A DNA stretch of 64,000 nucleotides from Eledone cirrhosa (GCA_964016885.1 OZ024745.1:131192001-131256000); one strand, 5' to 3'. Counted from the stretch's first letter, positions 12,996-27,167 are shown. The notes: generated from the letters alone by a model not told the origin. Made by a program: numbers and translations.

Positions 12996-13486
12996 GAAAC
13001 ATTTATATGGACAGATTCATCTATAAATTCCTGTTATCTCACTGTTAAAATAGTATTTTTGTCTCTATCTACAAAATACTTGCTTTCAGTTGACAGCAAT
13101 ACAGTCTCTTAACTTGGTGACATTAACATTTCAATTGGTCAGTTAGGAACATATCTTTCTTCATTTTGTCTCTATTTGATTTTCTCTAGGTTCTAAAAAT
13201 TAGTTTAACAGTTTTTTTCTCTTCCATACTTGAAACTAATATTTAAGTTATTAGTCGCCCCCCCCCCCCCCCCCACACACTGAAAAATCAATAAGTGGGT
13301 GGCAATGGGGGGGTCAATTATTCGAGACCTGAGAGTAATATATGAGGCTTTTGTCTCTGTGCTTTAATAGATGACCTTGTGTCTTTGATAACAGAAAATT
13401 AAATTTTATTATTTGCTATAAAAAAAATGATCTCATTAATCTGAGAAAAAGAAATTCCGAAACTAGAGAAACATAGATGGGTGGTC

Positions 13487-14972
13487 CGGGGAGGGGGAGG
13501 GGGTAATGTCCAGGGAGGGGGGTGTAATGTTCAGGGAGGGGGGTGTAATGTCCAGGGAGGGGGGTGTAATGTCCCGAGAGGGGTGGTGTAATGTCCAGGG
13601 AGGGGGTGTAATATCCAGGGAGGGGGGTGTAATGTCCCGAGAGGGGTGGTGTAATGTCCCGAGAGGGGTGGTGTAATGTCCAGGGAGGGGGGTGTAATGT
13701 CCAGGGAGGGGGGTGTAATGTCCCGAGAGGGGTGGTGTAATGTCCAGGGAGGGGTGGTATAATGTCCCGAGAGGGGTGGTGTAATGTCCAGGGAGGGGTG
13801 GTGTAATGTCCCGAGAGGGGGGTGTAATATCCAGGGAGGGGGGTGTAATATCCCGAGAGGGGTGGTGTAATGTCCAGGGAGGGGTGGTGTAATGTCCAGG
13901 GAGGGGGGTGTAATGTCCCGAGAGGGGTGGTGTAATGTCCAGGGAGGGGGGTGTAATGTCCAGGGAGGGGGGTGTAATGTCCCGAGAGGGGTGGTGTAAT
14001 GTCCAGGGAGGGGTGGTGTAATGTCCCGAGAGGGGTGGTGTAATGTCCAGGGAGGGGTGGTGTAATGTCCAGGGAGGGGGTGTAATATCCAGGGAGGGGG
14101 GTGTAATATCCAGGGAGGGGGTGTAATATCCAGGGAGGGGTGGTGTAATGTCCCGAGAGGGGTGGTGTAATGTCCCGAGAGGGGGGCTGTAATGTCCAGG
14201 GAGGGGGTGTAATGTCCCGAGAGGGGGGTGTAATATCCAGGGAGGGGTGGTGTAATGTCCCGAGAGGGGGGCTGTAATGTCCAGAGAGGGGGTGTAATGT
14301 CCAGGGAGGGGGGTGTAATGTCCAGGGAGGGGGGTGTAATGTCCCGAGAGGGGTGGTGTAATGTCCAGGAAGGGGTGGTGTAATATCCAGGGAGGGGGGT
14401 GTAATGTCCCGAGAGGGGTGGTGTAATGTCCCGAGAGGGGGGCTGTAATGTCCAGGGAGGGGGTGTAATGTCCCGAGAGGGGGGTGTAATATCCAGGGAG
14501 GGGTGGTGTAATGTCCCGAGAGGGGGGCTGTAATGTCCAGGGAGGGGGTGTAATGTCCAGGGAGGGGGGTGTAATGTCCAGGGAGGGGGGTGTAATGTCC
14601 CGAGAGGGGTGGTGTAATGTCCAGGAAGGGGTGGTGTAATGTCCCGAGAGGGGTGGTGTAATGTCCCGAGAGGGGGGCTGTAATGTCCAGGGAGGGGGTG
14701 TAATGTCCCGAGAGGGGGGTGTAATATCCAGGGAGGGGGGTGTAATATCCAGGGAGGGGGGGTGTAATATCCAGGGAGGGGTGGTGTAATGTCCCGAGAG
14801 GGGGGCTGTAATGTCCAGGGAGGGGTGGTGTAATGTCCAGGGAGGGGGGTGTAATGTCCAGGGAGGGGGTGTAATATCCAGGGAGGGGTGGTGTAATGTC
14901 CCGAGAGGGGGGCTGTAATGTCCAGGGAGGGGTGGTGTAATGTCCCGAGAGGGGTGGTGTAATGTAATGTCC
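13487..14972. repeat. G-rich minisatellite with 20-23 bp units
   Basis: gtgtaatgtcc(aggg/cgag)agggg(gg/tg), roughly 70 units, strong G/C strand skew. Confidence 0.95.
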
Positions 14973-16157
14973 AGGTTTATTTGGTGGTAGAATTTGGTGA
15001 GTCATTAAAAAAACACCATGGACAAGAAAGATGTTTGGAGGACGAGGAATTTGCAAATTGTTTAATATAGAGTCCTGGGTATTGCTGGATTTACCATTGT
15101 ACTTAAGCACACGGCCTCCTTGGCCTATCTCCCTGACAAAAACATTTTTTACGATGAGTTTTTAATGAGTAATGGGCCTCACAACTTAACTAGCACAGGG
15201 CCTCATTTGTCCTAAATCTGGCACTCCTCAGGGGAAGCAAGACAGAGTGATATTAGCATAAGAAGAAAAGAGAGATACTTTGTGTGGATTTAACCCTTTA
15301 GTTACCAACCAGCTCTGGTTCTATGAAATTAAACCACCCATTTTAAAGGTTTCCAATTTATATTAAAATCTTCCAATATAGTTTTATATAAGAACCTTAC
15401 ATTAAGTTACTATCTTATTAATGAAATAATTAATAATTTCAGTAAATCCCTCAAAATTCTTCATTAATTAATTGATATAGAGTTTATTTCATTAGAAATG
15501 CAATCATGAAAGGGTTAAGTTAGATTAGAAACAGTTGTAGTTTCAGTAGAATTAATATATGAATGATATAACTTTACAGAGAGTTGTTAGTGATTGAAGA
15601 AAGTTTGTGAGTAACAACTTGCTTCACAAACAGATATGTTTTACTTAAATATCGTCTGAAATGCAAGTGTGTTTGTTTGTAAGTGCAGAAAGCTTGCATT
15701 GATTGAAACAGTTCTTTTTATATCACTGAGCCCGGGACAACAACTGAGACACTAGAATAAGAGACAAATGCTGGTCATTGCACACTTTTATGATTTGCTC
15801 TGAGAGTTCAGTTATCACAAAGAATAAGTTATACAGGAGGAATTGTAAAAACACACTCGGTATTTTACATTAAAAAAGTTTAATTTTGATTGGACATGTT
15901 TTGAGAATACCAAATTTAGCATAAGCCAATATTTTGAATCACAAGAATTAAGCTACAGAGTGTATTATACTGGAGAATCTTGGCAAAAGTCATACAATTC
16001 ATAGATATGTTCTAACTCAAGGATCAGCTCCTTGTTTTTGTAATTACCCACTTTTGATGGGGGGAGGGGGGGGGCTGTTTCCCACTGTATATTATATGCC
16101 TGTTGTATATTATATATCTTATATATAAAGAATTGAATAAATTTGAAGTTCAGAGAG

Positions 16158-17292
16158 AACACCTTATCCATTTAATGTTCAAACTGGCCAGAATTCTCTA
16201 CCACTTTCTGTTGAAACTGGCTGTAACCGGTCGCTCAAACTGATGTTAAGGTATTGTTCTCAAAATAAATACTTTCAAAATCTCATAGATTCGATATTAT
16301 GTGAGGTAAAGCCTTTACCATCAAAATATAATAGTATATATAGAGTAATGTAAGTGTTATGCGAGATATTATGTGAGGTAAAGCATTTACCATGAAAATA
16401 CAATAGTATATATAGAGTAATGTGAATGTTATGTGAGATATTATGTGAGGTAAAGCCTTTACCATGAAAATACAATAGTATATATAGAGTAATGTAAGTG
16501 TTATGCGAGATATTATGTGAGGTAAAGCATTTACCATGAAAATACAATAGTATATATAGAGTAATGTGAATGTTATGTGAGATATTATGTGAGGTAAAGC
16601 ATTTACCATGAAAATACAATAGTATATATAGAGTAATGTGAATGTTATGTGAGATATTATGTGAGGTAAAGCATTTACCATGAAAATACAATAGTATATA
16701 TAGAGTAATGTAAGTGTTATGCGAGATATTATGTGAGGTAAAGCCTTTACCATGAAAATACAATAGTATATATGGAGTAATGTGAATGTTATGTGAGATA
16801 TTATGTGAGGTAAAGCCTTTACCATGAAAATACAATAGTATATATAGAGTAATGTGAATGTTATGTGAGATATTATGTGAGGTAAAGCCTTTACCATGAA
16901 AATACAATAGTATATATAGAGTAATGTGAATGTTATGTGAGGTAAAGCCTTTACCATGAAAATACAATAGTATATATAGAGTAATGTAAGTGTTATGCGA
17001 GATATTATGTGAGGTAAAGCATTTACCATGAAAATACAATAGTATATATAGAGTAATGTGAATGTTATGTGAGATATTATGTGAGGTAAAGCATTTACCA
17101 TGAAAATACAATAGTATATATAGAGTAATGTAAGTGTTATGCGAGATATTATGTGAGGTAAAGCCTTTACCATGAAAATACAATAGTATATATGGAGTAA
17201 TGTGAATGTTATGTGAGATATTATGTGAGGTAAAGCCTTTACCATGAAAATACAATAGTATATATGGAGTAATGTAAATGGTAAAGGGTTAA
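16158..17292. mobile_element. MITE family B with an internal 72-bp tandem array (about 16292-17275)
   Basis: Matches the unexpanded copy at 31839-32068 and ends taaatggtaaagggttaa; about 14 units. Confidence 0.85.
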
Positions 17293-17490
17293 GGTTCGCA
17301 TGTGGGATGTTGGCTACCCCTGACTTGACTAGATGTAATACTAAAGTTAATGAAGTTGCTGATGTTACCTTTTATGAAAACAGAAAAAGAGTATGAGTGA
17401 TGTGTGCATTGTCCTAGAGGTACAGGGAATACTTGATTTTCTTTAAAGGGTTACAGTTACTTAGGGTGGAAATATTCTTTGAAACTGAGG

Positions 17491-17626
<136 letters not shown>

Positions 17627-17757
17627 ACTAGACGAAAAAATGCTTTATTTTTTTTATGCATTCTCTGAAAACACAAAATTAAGTAAAAGGTTTAATTAAT
17701 ATTGAAATATAGTTGGTTTAAACTCTCTCTCTCCCTCCCTCGCCTCCCCCCCCCTCT

Positions 17758-18022
17758 CAAGCCAGGAAGCTCATCAGGCTGGTATTTTCCCAGTTTCCTA
17801 AGATAAAGCGACAGAGTACAAGACTTCCCCCTGGATAGGACACCAGTCCATCACAGGGTTAAACCCCATGCTATTGCTGGTACTCATTTTCAGCTGAGTA
17901 TACTGGAGCAACATGAAATGAAGTGTTTTGCTCAAGAACACAACAAAACCCATCCCATGAATCAAACCCGTGACATTATGATCATAAGTCCAACACCCTT
18001 ACCACTGGGCCACGTGCCTCTA
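17758..18022 (-). mobile_element. tRNA-derived CORE-type SINE
   Basis: Minus strand: tRNA-like head, then gttcttgagcaaaacacttcatttcatgttgctccag core; homologous copy at 56390-56652. Confidence 0.7.
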
Positions 18023-18857
18023 CTTATGTTTAAAGAAGACATTATATTTTTACTTTTCTAAACTCTCTGAGAAAATGAACTCCTCATATAATATAAAGAG
18101 CAAAGTTTCAGTGAGGGTTTTATATTCATGTTAGAATTCAATGAAGGATATATTAGATTGGTTTATTGATGACTTCCAGCTCTCAGAAAGCTAGCAATGT
18201 ACACATTATGATGTAGCGTTACATCTACCTTTTGGTTCAAATGGTACCTATCATGGTAGCTATTTACTTCTAGAAGAAAATATTGAAAATATTTTAAGAA
18301 GTAGGATGTATCTTAGTACAATACTGTTGTAAGTTCAAATCTTGAAGAAGCTAACTTTACTTTTTATGCCTCAGTAATCTTAATCAAATAAGTAGCAGTA
18401 ATATGTCATGGGCTGGGTTGTGTTGTGTTCTTGAACAAAACACTTCATTTCATGTTGCTCCAGTATACTCAGCTTAAAATAAGTACCAGCAATGGACTGG
18501 AAGTCTTGTACTCTCAGTTGCTTCACGGGCACCGGCCTGATGAGTCTCCTGTCTACAGACAGATTTTAGATTATGCTGGAGATAATTTAATTAATTCTGC
18601 CTATTGTTTATTTTTTGTGTTTACAAAAGACATTTATTTACTCCAAAGTACACTAAACCCTTGAGAAAAACATTATTTTAATGATGAAATATGTTACTCC
18701 ATCTTCACATTTCTTAATACGTAATTTGGCCAACTGTTGCTGATTTTTCTCATAATATTTAAAAGAGTGCCATGTGTTCTAATTAATTTTGAAAATAAGT
18801 ATTTGAGTAGTTTAATGAAGTCCTTCTTTCTTTCTTTCTTTTTCTTATTCTTTTTAT

Positions 18858-19570
18858 TCTTCTTCCACTTATTCCTGAGTGGGTCGTGGGGGCAGAGTCC
18901 TCAAACACTCTTTCCAGCGGTTCCTGCCTGAAACAACCCTCTCCAAGCAAGACCAGCCAAGCTCATGGATGTTATCCAACCACCTTTCTTGGAGTCTACC
19001 TCTGGGTCTCTTGCCAGTCAGTTGGTTTTACCCGTAAAATCTGTGCAGCGATTCTTTCCTGAGACATTCTAACCACATGTCCATAGTATCAGAGCTGTGA
19101 TCTCTCGATTCAGAGAAGTAGCAGCTCTACTTGGCGTGATTCTGATCTCCGAGCTATGCACTCTATCAAGTAACGTTGCTCCAAAGACTCTTCAGAGGAA
19201 CCCCATTTCAGCCATTTGTATTCACAATCGTATTCTTTCAGTCATTACCCAAGATTCATGATCATAGGTAAGGGTTGGCATGAATATGGAATTGAAGATA
19301 GCAAGTTTGGCTTTTACACCTATTTCCCTGCTTCTGATTACTGAATGCTGAAGCTAGCGCATCATTGCACCAGCTCCTGCAAGTCGTGCACTTAGTTCAC
19401 CTTTCTGTCCTCCATCACTCATGAACACGACCCGAGATACTTGAACTTCTCTACCAGCTTCAGTGGGACTCCATTCACATGTAGTGTGCACTGTGCAGGC
19501 ATCTTTAAGAGTACAAGTGTCTCAGTTTTTGCAGCACTGATTTCCATTCCATCCATGCAGTACTCAGCAT
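18858..19570 (-). mobile_element. RTE-type LINE fragment (RT C-terminal region and 3' end)
   Basis: Homologous to 23570-24880, 39470-39655, 61270-61590 and 63235-63443 (KAKLAIFNSVFVPSLTYGHESW). Confidence 0.75.
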
Positions 19571-21117
19571 CAACCTATCAAGTGCTTATATTAAGAGTGT
19601 TTGGAAGACAAATTAACAAAAGACAATTGTTTACATATTAAATTTTTACATTATCATTCATATAATATTTCAATTGAGGTTTTTATTTCCATACAAACAC
19701 TTTAATAAAGATGATCTTTGGACGGCTGTAATTCTAATTTGAAACTATTCTATTTAAGATATTTCATTATATGAATCAAACATTTTCAGGCAGATCAATA
19801 CATATAATTGTGAATTGAAATATTTCTTGGATTTTATTTTATTTTTTTTTTTTTTAAATTAATTATCTTGATCCTAGGGAATGTCAACACCATAAAGCTA
19901 CTGAAATAAGCTGACATGTTATTAGAATGACTATAATTCAGCAATCATATAACAAATGGAGGTTGATGTATTTATTTAACCCTTTCACTATCATAGTTCT
20001 AATGAAACATGCTGCCTATGTGGTTTAAGTAATTTTGAAAATAACCAAGAATTTGAAGGGGGGTTAGTAATATAACTATTTTTTCATTATTAAGATGGTG
20101 TTTGAAATATAACTTAACAAAGATTCTTACATAAAATTATGATGGAAAATTTTTAAAACACAAATTTAAATACTTTAAAATAAACAGATTAGTAGAAAAC
20201 GTCACATCTTGTGTTATTTAGTGGTGGTGTCTCTGATATTGAAGGTAACATGTAATCAAGATTAAATATGGTAGCAGGATTTGACCAGTTTTAATGGTAA
20301 AGTGTCAGCTAATCATATAATCTGGAGATAGAATTTTAGCTGGAGTGTCTTATTGCACTGTCCCTTTACATTCTGAGTTTAAATCCTACTCAAGTCAGTG
20401 TTCATCATCCTTCGCTCACTTATTCCTGAAAGGGTCCTCAAACACTCCTTCTAGTAGATCTAGAAGCAATCATCTTCAACTGATCCAAGAGCATCCCCAA
20501 GCAAGACCAGCCAAGCTCATGGATGTTACACAACTATTTTGCTCAAGGTCTCTAGCCAGTTGATTTTTGCCTGTAAAATCTGTCCTGAGACATTCTAACC
20601 ACATGCCTGTAGTATTGATCTCCCAATTTGGTGAAGTAGTGGTATACGCTACCCTTCAACTAATATAAGCACCAGAAAATAATCTGAGTCCATTCAATCA
20701 GCTATTTAACTTCACCTACCAGATTTTTTTTTTTATGCCTAGTGAAAAGAAATCAATTATGAATAACTTAGTTATGTGATTCTTGATTTCTTGTGTGTTT
20801 ATTGATGTATTATTTTTAAACATTTGTTGGAAATAATGTTGGGCTCCATATATTTATTTTTGGTATTTATAGCTCCATTTACACAATAACCTATACATGC
20901 TAATATATATATATATAGATGCTAATATATATATATATACATACTAATATATATATATATACATGCTAATATATATATATATATATAAAGAGAGAGATCG
21001 TTTTATGTATACATGCTCTGTTTATTACACTCCTTTTGATACCTTACAGGTACTTACATCTGTTTACACTACATTCGGTTGATTAATTGATCAACCATCG
21101 TTTCTTTACTTGTAATA

Positions 21118-21152
<35 letters not shown>

Positions 21153-21377
21153 GTCTGTTTGTCTCATTCACTCTCCTGTTCCTCAATTTCTCTTTATTCT
21201 TCTGTAATCTCTTCACATCTGGGCTATTTACTTAAACTTTTCTTCTTATCTTTCCATTCTTCCTCTCTTCTCACTCTTATCTTAATGTCATCAATAACTC
21301 ACTTCTCCTCACTCTCAACCTAATAATTTTGATATATATCCTCTCTTCTTGTTTGTCATTCATTATATATATGGTAT

Positions 21378-21878
21378 AGGTGGATTGGCAGTATCAGTAG
21401 AGGGTCGGACACCATGCTAGGGTGGTGGATTGGCAGTATCAGTAGAGGGTCGGACACCATGCTAGGGTGGTGGATTGGCAGTATCAGTAGAGGGTCGGAC
21501 ACCATGCTAGGGTGGTGGATTGGCAGTATCAGTAGAGGGTCGGACACCATGCTAGGGTGGTGGATTGGCAGTATCAGTAGAGGGTCGGACACCATGCTAG
21601 GGTGGTGGATTGGCAGTATCGGTAGAGGGTCGGACACCATGCTAGGGTGGTGGATTGGCAGTATCGGTAGAGGGTCGGACACCATGCTAGGGCGGTGGAT
21701 TGGCAGTATTGGTAGAGGGTCGGACACCATGCTTTCCAGCATAGTTACATCCCTTTACAGTCTGAGTTCAAATCCCGTCGAGGTTAACTTTATCTTTCAT
21801 CCTTACAGGGTCGATAAACTAAAGTACCAGTAATGCACTAGGTAATTGCTGGCCTTGTGCCAAAAGTAGAAACGATTA
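21378..21878 (+). mobile_element. tRNA-derived SINE whose 45-bp head is tandemly repeated 8 times
   Basis: ggtggattggcagtatc(a/g)gtagagggtcggacaccatgcta x8, then B box gagttcaaatcc and the normal body. Confidence 0.88.
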
Positions 21879-21926
21879 TATATATATATAGATTTGTTTA
21901 TGTTATTATATGTTTATGTATATAGT

Positions 21927-22222
21927 GAAGGTACATGGCTTAGTGGTTAGAACGTTGTACTTGCAATCGGGAGGTTGTGAGTTTGATTCTTGAACCGGGT
22001 GATGTGATGTGTCCTTGAACAAGACACTCTATTTCATGTTGCCAAGCTATATTGGCCATTGCCTTTCCCTTGGACAATATTGGTGGTGTCGAGAGAGGAG
22101 ACTGCTATACATGGGTGACTGCTGGTCTTCCACAAACAACCTTGCCCAGACTTGAGCCTTGGAAGAGAACTTTCTAGGTGTAAATCCCATGTTATTTGTG
22201 AACGAAGGGGTCGTTACCCTTT
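21927..22222 (+). mobile_element. tRNA-derived CORE-type SINE
   Basis: tggcttagtggttagaacg head with ccttgaacaagacact core; copies at 51714-51855 and 54688-55027. Confidence 0.75.
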
Positions 22223-23569
22223 ATATATATAAAGTATGTTAAGAAATTACTTTCTGTGAACAAATTAGGAAGGGGACACCATATACACGTAGTGTATATG
22301 TTTTATTTAAACTGAATTTTCCCTCTTAATACTTGAGTTTCATATCATTGCGATCTTCAGACATTAAACCAAGAAGCTCAATATTTAATATTTGTTGTTT
22401 TACATCCACTTTACTCTGCAAGGGTCGGATGGTTTGTTTTTAATGTTGGATATCCTTCTTATTGTTATCTACCCAACTATATAGTAGGAGTGGAATCTAT
22501 AATTCTGTTAGTTATAGTAGGGCAACTAGTGTTATATATATATCTCACATTGTTGCACATAATGGCAGGTGCAAAACCCAAACGTATAATAATGGTACCA
22601 ATAATTCAATACTAAGTTCTGCCATTCTGCTTCTGTATTTCATATTTAATCTTAAATCCTACAACTTTTGCCAAAGACGTTATTTGTACACATATCATTT
22701 CTTTATTATTATTGTTGTTGATTGTAATAATCCTTCTATCTATTTTCAATTTAAGCCATCTGTGATTGTGGAGAAATTCCGTCCTCATTTTTTTTCTTAA
22801 CTCAAATTTAATGAACCATTTTTATATAATATATACAAAGAATTTGTAAAATATTAATCCGAAGTATGACTTTTAATAAAATATGCTTATAGATATAATA
22901 TGTTCAAGAAATGTGAATATAACAAATCTGTTGAAAAATTAAATGTTTAAACCTCATGAAACCAGTGTATTTCTTTTTTTTTTTTTGTTTACTTACTTTT
23001 TTTACTTTTGCTTCCTTCTAATCCCAAATGTAGGCGGTGAATTAGCAGAGTCGTTAGAACGTCAGAATGTTTTGCGGTATTTGTTTCAGCTTTCTGCTCG
23101 CTGAGTTTTACTTTGCCTTTTGTCCATTCAAGGTCAATAAAAAAAAGTACCAGTCAAGTACCAGGGTCGATTCTTCCTCTATATCTCTTCCTCACTTCCA
23201 TTCACTCTCACTCTCACTCTCACTCCTTCTCTGGAAGAAATCTGCTGTATTCAGACCTGGAGAGGAGGAGATGGGCTCCGCCAGGTTTAAAAATGCTGTA
23301 TCTCAATACACCATCCCTATGACTCCCTTAGGAGTTACAGGACCAAACATACAAACAAATATTAAATTTATAACTTATGGGATCTAGCCACAAAAAATAT
23401 AGAAGCTCCCAGTAGCAACAAGTTATTAATAATCTAACAAATTTGTGGGGAATGGTTAGTTCACGAAGACACCTCTTGTACTTAACTGATACTTTATTTT
23501 ATCAACCCCAGAAGGATGAAAAACAAAGTTGACCTTGGCAAAATTTGAATTCAATATGTGGAGAGTCAA

Positions 23570-24880
23570 GTGAATACAAGCGGCTGAAATGGGATTCCTC
23601 CGAAGAGTCTTTGGAGTAATGTTACTCAATAGAGTGTGTAGCTTGGAGACCAGAGAGTCACTCCAAGTAGAGCTGCTACTTCTCCTGGTCTTTGGAGTAA
23701 TGTTACTCAATAGAGTGTGTAGCTTGGAGACCAGAGAGTCACTCCAGGTAGAGCTGCTACTTCTGGTCTTTGGAGCAATGTTACTCAATAGAGTGTGTAG
23801 CTTGGAGACCAGAGAGTCACTCCAAGTAGAGCTGCTACTTCTCCTGGTCTTTGGAGTAATGTTACTCAATAGAGTGTGTAGCTTGGAGACCAGAGAGTCA
23901 CTCCAGGTAGAGCTGCTACTTCTGGTCTTTGGAGCAATGTTACTCAATAGAGTGTGTAGCTTGGAGACCAGAGAGTCACTCCAAGTAGAGCTGCTACTTC
24001 TCCTGGTCTTTGGAGTAATGTTACTCAATAGAGTGTGTAGCTTGGAGACCAGAGAGTCACTCCAGGTAGAGCTGCTACTTCTGGTCTTTGGAGCAATGTT
24101 ACTCAATAGAGTGTGTAGCTCGGAGACCAGAGAGTCACTCCAGGTAGAGCTGCTACTTCTGGTCTTTGGAGCAATGTTACTCAATAGAGTGTGTAGCTCG
24201 GAGACCAGAGAGTCACTCCAGGTAGAGCTGCTACTTCTGGTCTTTGGAGCAATGTTACTCAATAGAGTGTGTAGCTCGGAGACCAGAGAGTCACTCCAGG
24301 TAGAGCTGCTACTTCTGGTCTTTGGAGCAATGTTACTCAATAGAGTGTGTAGCTCGGAGACCAGAGAGTCACTCCAGGTAGAGCTGCTACTTCTGGTCTT
24401 TGGAGCAATGTTACTCAATAGAGTGTGTAGCTTGGAGACCAGAGAGTCACTCCAGGTAGAGCTGCTACTTCTGGTCTTTGGAGCAATGTTACTCAATAGA
24501 GTGTGTAGCTCGGAGACCAGAGAGTCACTCCAGGTAGAGCTGCTACTTCTGGTCTTTGGAGCAATGTTAATCAATAGAGTGTGTAGCTCGGAGACCAGAG
24601 AGTCACTCCAGGTAGAGTTGCTACTTCTCTGAATTGAGAGATCACAGCTCCGATACTATTAGAGTGTGGTTAGAATGTCTCAGGAATGAATTGCCGGACA
24701 TATTTTATGGGTAAAACTGAGCCAGGGGTAGACCCTGAGCAAGATTGTTGGATAATATCCATTAGTTTGGCTGGTCTTGCTTGGGGATCCAGACAGATCA
24801 GTTGGCGACGGTTGTTTCTGACAGGACCCACTGGAAGGAGTGTTTGAGGACACTGACCTCCACGACTCTCAGAATTAAGA
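23570..24880 (+). mobile_element. RTE-type LINE fragment with an internal 72/75-bp tandem array (about 23607-24630)
   Basis: About 14 units VFG(A/V)MLLNRVCS(L/S)[12 protein letters not shown](L)L; LINE sequence resumes on both sides. Confidence 0.88.
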
Positions 24881-25332
24881 GTCAAAACAAATACCAATTC
24901 CACTAATCTATATTATTGGAGGGAATATATTGTTATGACCACCATCACCATATTTGGTTGGTACTTATAGACATCAGTGAGATTTGAACATAAAGGGATG
25001 TAACTAAATGCCCAAAAGTAATATTTCTGGCACCTCTCTCTGATTTGATTTAGGCATAAGGCCAGCAATTCTGGGGGAGCGGAAGTTGATTAAATCACCT
25101 TTCCCCCCAAATGCATTTCTGTTACTTTATTTTAACGACCATATAACGATGAAAAGCAAAGCTAACATCAAGATTTGAGCTCAATACGGAAAGGGATGTA
25201 ACTCTATGCCACAAAACTTGTCCAATGCTCTACTGATACTGCCAATCCCCCACCATCTCCATCATCTTAATAATAACATTAAATTCATTGGAATAAGAGA
25301 AATAAATGATTCTCCTTTCAGATCTTATATTA

Positions 25333-26390
25333 TCATCATCACCGTTTTAGGTCCATTTTTCTACACTAGCATGGGTTAGACGGGTTGTCCTGTTGTGAGC
25401 AATGCCAGGTCAGGTGACCTTGTCTTGCTCATACAGAACTGATTTGGGCTTCATTTCTACAGCTGGATGCCCTTCCTAACACCAATCTCATTTACAGTGT
25501 GGACTGGGTACTTTTTGTTGTGACACCTAGATGACCACTTTACAGTGTGGACTGGGTACTTTTTGTTGTGACACCTAGATGACCACTTTACAGTGTGGAC
25601 TGGGTGCTTTTTGTTGTGACACCTAGATGACCACTTTACAGTGTGGACTGGGTGCTTTTTGTTGTGACACCTAGAAGACCACTTTACAGTGTGGACTGGG
25701 TGCTTTTTGTTGACACCTAGACGACCACTTTACAGTGTGGACTGGGTGCTTTTTGTTGACACCTAGACGACAACTTTACAGTGTGGACTGGGTGGTTTTT
25801 GTTGACACCTAGACGACCACTTTACAGTGTGGACTGGGTACTTTTTGTTGACACCTAGACGACCACTTTATAGTGTGGGCTGGGCACTTTTTGTTGTGAC
25901 ACCTAGATGACCACTTTACAGTGTGGACTGGGTGCTTTTTGTTGTGACACCTAGAAGACCACTTTACAGTGTGGACTGGGTGCTTTTTGTTGACACCTAG
26001 ACGACCACTTTACAGTGTGGACTGGGTGCTTTTTGTTGACACCTAGACGACCACTTTACAGTGTGGACTGGGTGCTTTTTGTTGACACCTAGACGACAAC
26101 TTTACAGTGTGGACTGGGTGCTTTTTGTTGACACCTAGACGACCACTTTACAGTGTGGACTGGGTGCTTTTTGTTGACACCTAGACGACCACTTTACAGT
26201 GTGGACTGGGTGCTTTTTGTTGACACCTAGACGACAACTTTACAGTGTGGACTGGGTGCTTTTTGTTGACACCTAGACGACCACTTTACAGTGTGGACTG
26301 GGTACTTTTTGTTGTGACACCTAGATGACCACTTTACAGTGTGGACTGGGTACTTTTTGTTGTGACACTTACATGACCACTTTACAGTGA
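25333..26390 (-). repeat. Retroposon 3' module with an expanded 40/42-bp minisatellite (about 22 units)
   Basis: gaccactttacagtgtggactgggtgctttttgtt(gt)gacacctaga units adjoining the common tail module. Confidence 0.9.
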
Positions 26391-27100
26391 GAGGGGGGTG
26401 GGTGTATAGGTTGATTCTTCCTCCAGACCAGGTAGTGTGTTGTGTCCACATTATTTCACATTCTTCTCTCTGCCAACAGTTGTGACTGATAGTATCTGTG
26501 ATTGGAAAGACCAATGGAAACATTGTTTCCTTGGTTTGATTTGACGACTTCCACCCCACCCACTGCAATAGCCACCCCATCCATTACAACAGCCACCCCA
26601 CCCACTGCAATAGACACCCCATCCATTACAACAGCCACCCTATCCATTATAACAGCCACCCTACCCACTGCAACAGCCACCCCACCCTAATCTAATCTGG
26701 CCGAGTTTATACTCGCAAAAACCCATGCTAGCGTGGAAGATGGACCTTAAACGAAGATGATGAAATAAGAACCAGGGCCACCCCTAGTAGCATTGGATTT
26801 GGTGTACTCCATATTTGTTTTGGTTGCTGAATACAATCAAGGGTCGCTGCTTCTCCTGAAGGTCAATAGTTCTCTTCTAACTCGTGCAGGAGCACCTTTC
26901 CATTGATCATCTCCAAAGCCACATTGTTCTGAGAACCCCTACACCAGTCTTTCAATGCAGCTGGAACTACTGCCACCCATTGATTTGGCAGGATTTTTTT
27001 TTTTTTTTTTGAAGTTCCAATTTTACTTATCTGTTGATGTTAATAGAACAAATCATTCAATAATGAAAACAAGAAACAACGTTTTTGTAAAACTAAAGGC

Positions 27101-27106
27101 TTTATT
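27101..27106 (-). terminator. Candidate polyadenylation signal of PPIL3
   Basis: AATAAA on the minus strand about 60 nt after the stop, followed by T/GT-rich sequence. Confidence 0.5.
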
Positions 27107-27167
27107 ATGGCAGCCTTTAACAATGGAGATTAAAGGCTGATGATGAAATGATATAATTAAATAGGTG

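Noticed and set aside
13416-15110. 564-aa Pro-rich ORF
   Set aside because: Product of the G-rich minisatellite; the peptide pattern shifts as unit length changes.
16275-17255. 320-326 aa ORFs
   Set aside because: 72-bp tandem array inside a MITE.
18530-18570. CTGATGAG in a SINE tail (also near 17770 on the minus strand)
   Set aside because: No downstream GAAA or stems; part of the ordinary SINE 3' region.
22325-22368. Hammerhead-like CUGAAGA...GAAACUCAAGUA on the minus strand
   Set aside because: Core words are present, but stem I and stem II do not pair adjacent to the core; too degenerate to support without a family consensus.
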